From the NCBI GenBank assembly GCA_965205215.1, contig OZ242041.1, forward strand, positions 672,001 through 736,000: 64,000 nucleotides of DNA, given 5' to 3'. Below, in pieces: positions 60,503 through 64,000 of the stretch (position 1 is its first letter; the number at the start of each line of letters is the position of its first letter). The notes under the pieces are model-generated. The model was given only the letters and a program-made list of their open reading frames with translations. It was not told where the DNA came from and ran no database searches. The DNA comes from Nitrosopumilus sp. (GTDB lineage: Archaea; Thermoproteota; Nitrososphaeria; Nitrososphaerales; Nitrosopumilaceae). The translations under genes were made by a program, and so were the position numbers.

Positions 60503-61558
60503 ATGATGGAGTATGTGGTGCTGCACCTCGGGCTTGTCGTGTTCGGAGCCGTTGCAATCGACATGGTGCTGGGGGATCCAAGGAACCGGTACCACCCCAC
60601 CGCCTGGGTAGGCGGCCTGATGGCAAGGATGATCTCGTTTTCTGCCGGACGCGGGTTTTGGGCCCAGAGGCTCGGGGGCGTGGCGGCAGTGGCGGCGCCC
60701 GCGTGCGCCGCCGTGGCGCTGCTCTTGCCGCTGCACTATGCGGCGGGGCACGCATTTGCGGCCCTTGGCTGGGGCGGCGCCGCCGCCGTGGCTGCTGGAG
60801 CTGCTGCGGATCCCGTGCAGTACGTATATGCGGCCGTGCTCGCGGCGGCGTGCTGCGTGCTCTTAAAGTGCACCATCGCGGTGCGCGGCATGCAGGAGCA
60901 CGCCTATGCCGTAGTCGAGTCGCTTGAGGGCGAGGGTGGGGTGGCGGGCGCGAGGTCCAGCCTGTCGATGATAGTGAAGAGGAAGACGGGATCGCTTGAC
61001 GAGGAGCATGTCATATCGGGGGTGCTTGAGAGCATCGGCGAGAACACTGTCGACGGCGCGACGGGCTCGCTGTTCTATTACGGGCTGTTCGGGCTGCCCG
61101 GCGCGTTTGCGCACCGCATAGTAAACACCGCGGACTCGATGGCCGGGTACCGGGGCGAGATGCTCGGCAGGCTCGGGTGGTTTGCGGCCCACGCCGACAC
61201 CGTACTGAACTATGTTCCCGCCCGGCTCACCGGCATCGCGATGGTGGTCGCGTCCGCGGCGCTCGGATATGACTGGAGGGGGGCCCTCCGGTCGATGGGC
61301 CGAGACGGCGGCTCGACTGCAAGCAGGAACTCCGGATACCCCATGGCAGCCCTTGCCGGGGCGCTGAACGTCCGGCTCGAAAAGGAGGGGCACTACGTCC
61401 TGTGCAGCGGCGGGCGGGCCCCAAGCACCCGCGACGTGAGGCGCGCCGTGTCGCTCATGAAGGCAACCGTCCTAGTGTTTGCTGCCGGGGTGGTCGTCCC
61501 GGCCGGGGTGGCGTCGGGCGCCGTGTCGCTCATGATACTTGGCGCGAATGGGGCGTGA
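60503..61558 (+). CDS. cbiB: adenosylcobinamide-phosphate synthase
   Basis: GDP...HP, ESIGENTVD, NTADSMAGY, NYVPARL, NSGYP. Confidence 0.93.
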   Translation: MMEYVVLHLGLVVFGAVAIDMVLGDPRNRYHPTAWVGGLMARMISFSAGRGFWAQRLGGVAAVAAPACAAVALLLPLHYAAGHAFAALGWGGAAAVAAGAAADPVQYVYAAVLAAACCVLLKCTIAVRGMQEHAYAVVESLEGEGGVAGARSSLSMIVKRKTGSLDEEHVISGVLESIGENTVDGATGSLFYYGLFGLPGAFAHRIVNTADSMAGYRGEMLGRLGWFAAHADTVLNYVPARLTGIAMVVASAALGYDWRGALRSMGRDGGSTASRNSGYPMAALAGALNVRLEKEGHYVLCSGGRAPSTRDVRRAVSLMKATVLVFAAGVVVPAGVASGAVSLMILGANGA

Positions 61559-61741
61559 TGCGGGCATGATTATGAAGGGTCTGTTGGGGCATGCGGCGGA
61601 GGGCCGCGGTGATCACGGCAGCGGCGGTGGTTGCATAGGCGGTGGTTACGTAGACTATGGTGATATCGACAGCAATGACGCCTGCGGCATTCTCGGCGGC
61701 CGCGGCATCAGTATGATGCGGGGGCGCGGTGACGGTTTGTA

Positions 61742-62554
61742 ATGACTGCCTCGGCTACGAGCACGGCGGGCGGGCTTGCGTCCGTCTTTGCGTTTCTGAG
61801 CATAATTCCGGCGCGCCCGGGCGGGCGCGCAGACGGGGCGGCCTCCGCGCACGCCGGCCTGTACGGCGCGGCAAGAAGCATGCACCTGTTCCCGGTTGCC
61901 GGCTGCGTGATCGGGCTGCTTGCGGGGCTGCTTGCGTGGGTACTGCTTGCGGTTGCCGGGCTGGAGCCGCTGCTCGCCGGACTCGTGACCGCGGCCGCGC
62001 TGCTCGTCATAACGGGCCTGCACCACACGGACGGGCTGGCCGACTTTGCAGACGGGCTGATGGCAAGGGGGACACACAGCCGCCGGCGGGACGCAATGAA
62101 GGACAAGTCCACCGGGACGGCCGGGACGGCCGCAATAGTGCTGTGCGTGGCAGGCCTGATAATCACGATATCGATGCTTGGCGGCGGCATGGGGGACGAT
62201 GGCGGCATGCATATAGTGATCGGCATTATACTTGCAGAGGTCGCCGCAAAGTTCTCGATGGTCGTAATGGCGTATGCGGGGCGCCCCGCCCCGGGCGGCG
62301 GCTCGGGCGCCATCTTTGCCGAGGCCATGAAGGACGGGCGCAAGGTGGCCGCGTCGGCGGCCATGACAGTCCCGATACTTGTCATACTGGGTGGGCTGGT
62401 GCCTGGGCTTGCCATGCTTGCCGTGTGCGTGCTGGCGCCCGTGGCCATGGCGAGGCTTGCCGGGCGCAGCTTTGGCGGTGTGACGGGGGACGTGTTTGGG
62501 GCCGCAAACGACATAGTCAGGATAGCCTCGCTGGCGGTGTTCGTGTCGCTATGA
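61742..62554 (+). CDS. cobS: cobalamin 5'-phosphate synthase
   Basis: TGLHHTDGLADFADG, MKD, GGVTGDVFGA. Confidence 0.95.
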   Translation: MTASATSTAGGLASVFAFLSIIPARPGGRADGAASAHAGLYGAARSMHLFPVAGCVIGLLAGLLAWVLLAVAGLEPLLAGLVTAAALLVITGLHHTDGLADFADGLMARGTHSRRRDAMKDKSTGTAGTAAIVLCVAGLIITISMLGGGMGDDGGMHIVIGIILAEVAAKFSMVVMAYAGRPAPGGGSGAIFAEAMKDGRKVAASAAMTVPILVILGGLVPGLAMLAVCVLAPVAMARLAGRSFGGVTGDVFGAANDIVRIASLAVFVSL

Positions 62555-63360
62555 TTGGGATGGTGATGGCCGGAGGCAGGGGCAGCCGGATGGCTGCCTC
62601 AGCTGCTGCTGCCGTTGCCGCCAAAAACGATGAGTCCCTACCGGAATCATCGCCGCATGCGGCCGACCGCGCTGCATGGGACGAAAAGCTGTTGCTTCCT
62701 GTCGTCCCGTCCACCGCGTCCGATACAGGGGCGCCAAAGCCCGTGGTCTCGCACGTGATAGACGTGCTGCTGGGCTCCGACCAGATAGACACTGTAGTCG
62801 CGGTGGTGTCTCAGGGCAACGCCCCCCTCACAAGAAGGATGTTGTGGGATAAATACCATAACAGCAGCAGTGACGCCGATGATGATGGCGACGACGACGA
62901 CAACGACGACAATTCCATACGCATAGTGGACTCTGCCGGGGCCGGATACTCTGAGGATCTGGGTTCCGCCATGCGCCACGTACTGCAGAACCGATATCGC
63001 GGAATCCATGACGGCGTACTCGTGGTATCCGGAGACATGCCGCTCTTGGATCGCGGCGTCGTCGCATCCGTATCCGCCCGCTATGCACGCGGCGCCTGGA
63101 CCAGCATAGTAACGTCAAGGGAGTACGCCGGACTGTGGGGAATGAGCCTCGAGTACGAGGTTGTGGTGGACGGCACCGTGTGCTGCTATACCGGGGTCTC
63201 GCTGGTCGACCCTGCCGTCATGGGGCCGGGCGTGCACGGCGCGGTCCCGCAGCGGCACGCCATAGTGGACGACCACCGCATCGCGTTCACGCTGAATACC
63301 ATACAGGACTATGATCGTCTGGCGCAGCACATGCGGCGGTCGGGCATCGCGATGCCGTGA
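62551..63360 (+). CDS. cobY: GTP:adenosylcobinamide-phosphate guanylyltransferase
   Basis: MAGGRGSRM, EK, GYSEDL, GDMP, NT..D; ATGA overlap with cobS. Confidence 0.85.
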   Translation: MIGMVMAGGRGSRMAASAAAAVAAKNDESLPESSPHAADRAAWDEKLLLPVVPSTASDTGAPKPVVSHVIDVLLGSDQIDTVVAVVSQGNAPLTRRMLWDKYHNSSSDADDDGDDDDNDDNSIRIVDSAGAGYSEDLGSAMRHVLQNRYRGIHDGVLVVSGDMPLLDRGVVASVSARYARGAWTSIVTSREYAGLWGMSLEYEVVVDGTVCCYTGVSLVDPAVMGPGVHGAVPQRHAIVDDHRIAFTLNTIQDYDRLAQHMRRSGIAMP

Positions 63361-63361
63361 C

Positions 63362-63610
63362 TCACTTGGATGCCGGCTCTGCCCCGGCCGCGGCCGGGAT
63401 CTCGGCGACGTGGTCGACTGCCCCCTTTACGTGCCCCCCCTCGATGCGCGCCTTTGAGCCTGACGACGACGCAAGCGGGTTGCCGCACTGGTTGCAGAAC
63501 ACGCGGGTGGTTGCGTGCGAGTATACCACCTGCTGCTCGTCGCAGTCGATGCATTCGACCTTGTAAAACCTGCTGGAGGGCGCCGGTATGTCTACGTGAT
63601 CCTTTTTCAT
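63362..63610 (-). CDS. rps27e: 30S ribosomal protein S27e
   Basis: PSSRFYKVEC..C..QQVVYSHA..C..CG. Confidence 0.93.
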   Translation of the reverse strand: MKKDHVDIPAPSSRFYKVECIDCDEQQVVYSHATTRVFCNQCGNPLASSSGSKARIEGGHVKGAVDHVAEIPAAAGAEPASK

Positions 63611-63891
63611 TATGCCGCCACCAACTCGAATTTCTTGATGCGTATGCCTGGCTTGTTGAATTTCTTCTTGCATGTGGTGCACATCAGTATGGGAGTGACC
63701 TTTTTTGTCACCTTGGCAGGCTTTGCCAGCTTGGGGAACTTCTGGCCCCCGTACCCCCGCTTCCGCTCGGCGTGCCTGCGCTCGCCCCTTGCCGAACCGC
63801 GCCTCTTGCCCGCCTTGTATATGGAGACCTTTTGCTCCGTGTGCGTCTTGCACTTGGCGCAGTACTTGCGAATCACCTTGGGGATGTTCAT
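63610..63891 (-). CDS. rpl44e: 50S ribosomal protein L44e
   Basis: YCAKCKTHTE, GYGGQKFP, KVTKK, C..C. Confidence 0.96.
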   Translation of the reverse strand: MNIPKVIRKYCAKCKTHTEQKVSIYKAGKRRGSARGERRHAERKRGYGGQKFPKLAKPAKVTKKVTPILMCTTCKKKFNKPGIRIKKFELVAA

Positions 63892-64000
63892 GCAGGTGCG
63901 CCTCCTCGCCCGTAATTTAAGCATTGGATCGCCATGCGCGGCGGGGGCGGCGGCGACGCGACGGCGCCATGCGTATTGAAAATAAATAGATGCGGCGCGC

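Noticed and set aside
45418-63360. Apparent N-terminal fusions in ORF-track entries 45418-46917, 49890-51929 and 61729-63360
   Set aside because: Extensions overlap neighbouring real genes; true starts are hisG 46410, tiaS 51260 and cobY 62551

Overview
High-GC archaeal chromosome segment from an ammonia-oxidising archaeon (Nitrososphaerota, Nitrosopumilaceae/Cenarchaeum-like), judged from gene content and order. Bases 1-31.7 kb are the right part of an integrated conjugative-type element at tRNA-Lys(CTT). It carries a prepilin peptidase, a VirB4-like ATPase, pilin-like and PrgI-like genes and a tyrosine integrase. Its ~24 kb cargo holds a stop-interrupted secreted serine protease, two large repeat-built surface proteins sharing an unusual C-terminal domain, and a symmetric transposon nest. 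In that nest one IS66 (8-bp TSD AACGGGTT) has both terminal inverted repeats interrupted by an IS110/IS1111-type element, and each of those carries an IS5 at the same 8-bp site. The non-coding leader of the IS110 element has short matches to both halves of its target (the IS66 end) and of its own donor junction, as expected for a bridge/seek RNA. A decayed third copy confirms the targeting and shows strong A:T->G:C drift. Bases 31.8-64 kb are core genes: complex IV cluster, his operon, HMG-CoA reductase, intron-containing tRNA-iMet, tiaS, dph2, csl4, pheA, guaB, asd, cobalamin genes, rps27e and rpl44e. All alignments and counts were done by eye; no database searches were run.
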